DNA of 64,000 nucleotides, from NCBI GenBank assembly GCA_002633005.1, contig NMRA01000405.1, positions 84,702 through 148,701 of the forward strand. Direction: 5' to 3'. How positions within the stretch are numbered: the stretch's first letter is position 1; each line of letters starts with the position of its first letter. The stretch comes from Phoronis australis. Lineage: Eukaryota > Animalia > Phoronida. Made by a program: the position numbers and the translations under genes. The notes under the pieces were generated by a model. That model was not told the origin of the DNA. It searched no databases and saw only the letters and a list, made by a program, of their open reading frames with translations. Below, in pieces: positions 63,575-64,000 of the stretch.

Positions 63575-64000
63575 ACTCTCACTTATTGCTGGCTTTTGTG
63601 CGTTGGCATGTGTGTACACGGGAGAATGTTGCCGTCATCTGTCTGTGTATCCAGCGTTGAATCCCATATCTACTAAGCCATTCGAAGGATCTTCATGAAA
63701 TTTGTTAAAGGTGTTTCTATCGAGGCGAGATGTGCTCGCAAATGTTTGAAGGGATCCGAGTCCGACTATTGCCATTCGTCCTTGTGGTAATCTTAGGTTT
63801 TTGGGTTTGCCAAGCCCCTCAAAGGATCTTTAGGAACTTTGGTAGACGCCTGGACAGACATGCTTGTATCAAGGATGCGATGTCTTCGGCAATTTGTGTA
63901 CCCTTTATGGCATTTTTAGAAATTTGGCTCTGTTTTTGGTGTCCACCTCTGCCATCGATTTGAAAGGTTGCTACAAAATTTGACAGACGTGTGCCTATTG
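63575..64000 (-). mobile_element. HINE-like repeat related to the 700-2580 array, opposite orientation, running off the window end
   Basis: CCGTCATCTGTCTGTGTATCC microsatellite-like head, then GGATCTTCATGAAATTTG and GGATCTTTAGGAACTTTGG units, reverse-complementary to the array motifs. Confidence 0.45.

Overview
Eukaryotic, intron-rich animal DNA with roughly 40% GC and no prokaryotic gene structure. The repeat content suggests a marine invertebrate, probably a lophotrochozoan (inference). A spliced minus-strand gene has three phase-compatible coding exons (7534-7378, 6797-6311, 4129-4089). It encodes an unrecognised N-terminal helical domain, a SUMO-motif linker and an RGG-rich tract, and its 3' end is unresolved. 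A divergent plus-strand gene appears to start at a CRE-containing promoter near 14.56 kb and spans the rest of the window as long introns with small, mostly non-coding exons; its product cannot be identified. The rest is mainly transposon-derived: Tc2/pogo-like TA-flanked elements, a MITE with a 9-bp TSD, a decayed hAT transposase, two tRNA-derived SINEs with TSDs, LINE 3' ends, Helentron-associated (HINE-like) arrays and minisatellites. Best leads: (1) a TIR transposon family with three copies that carries no transposase but a stand-alone, apparently spliced HIRAN-domain gene; (2) an inverted Penelope-like terminal repeat with two hammerhead-ribozyme motifs; (3) a transposon-borne, co-oriented array of CTCF-like motifs; (4) a SINE whose target site was amplified nine-fold into a new minisatellite. 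All calls were made by eye without database searches.
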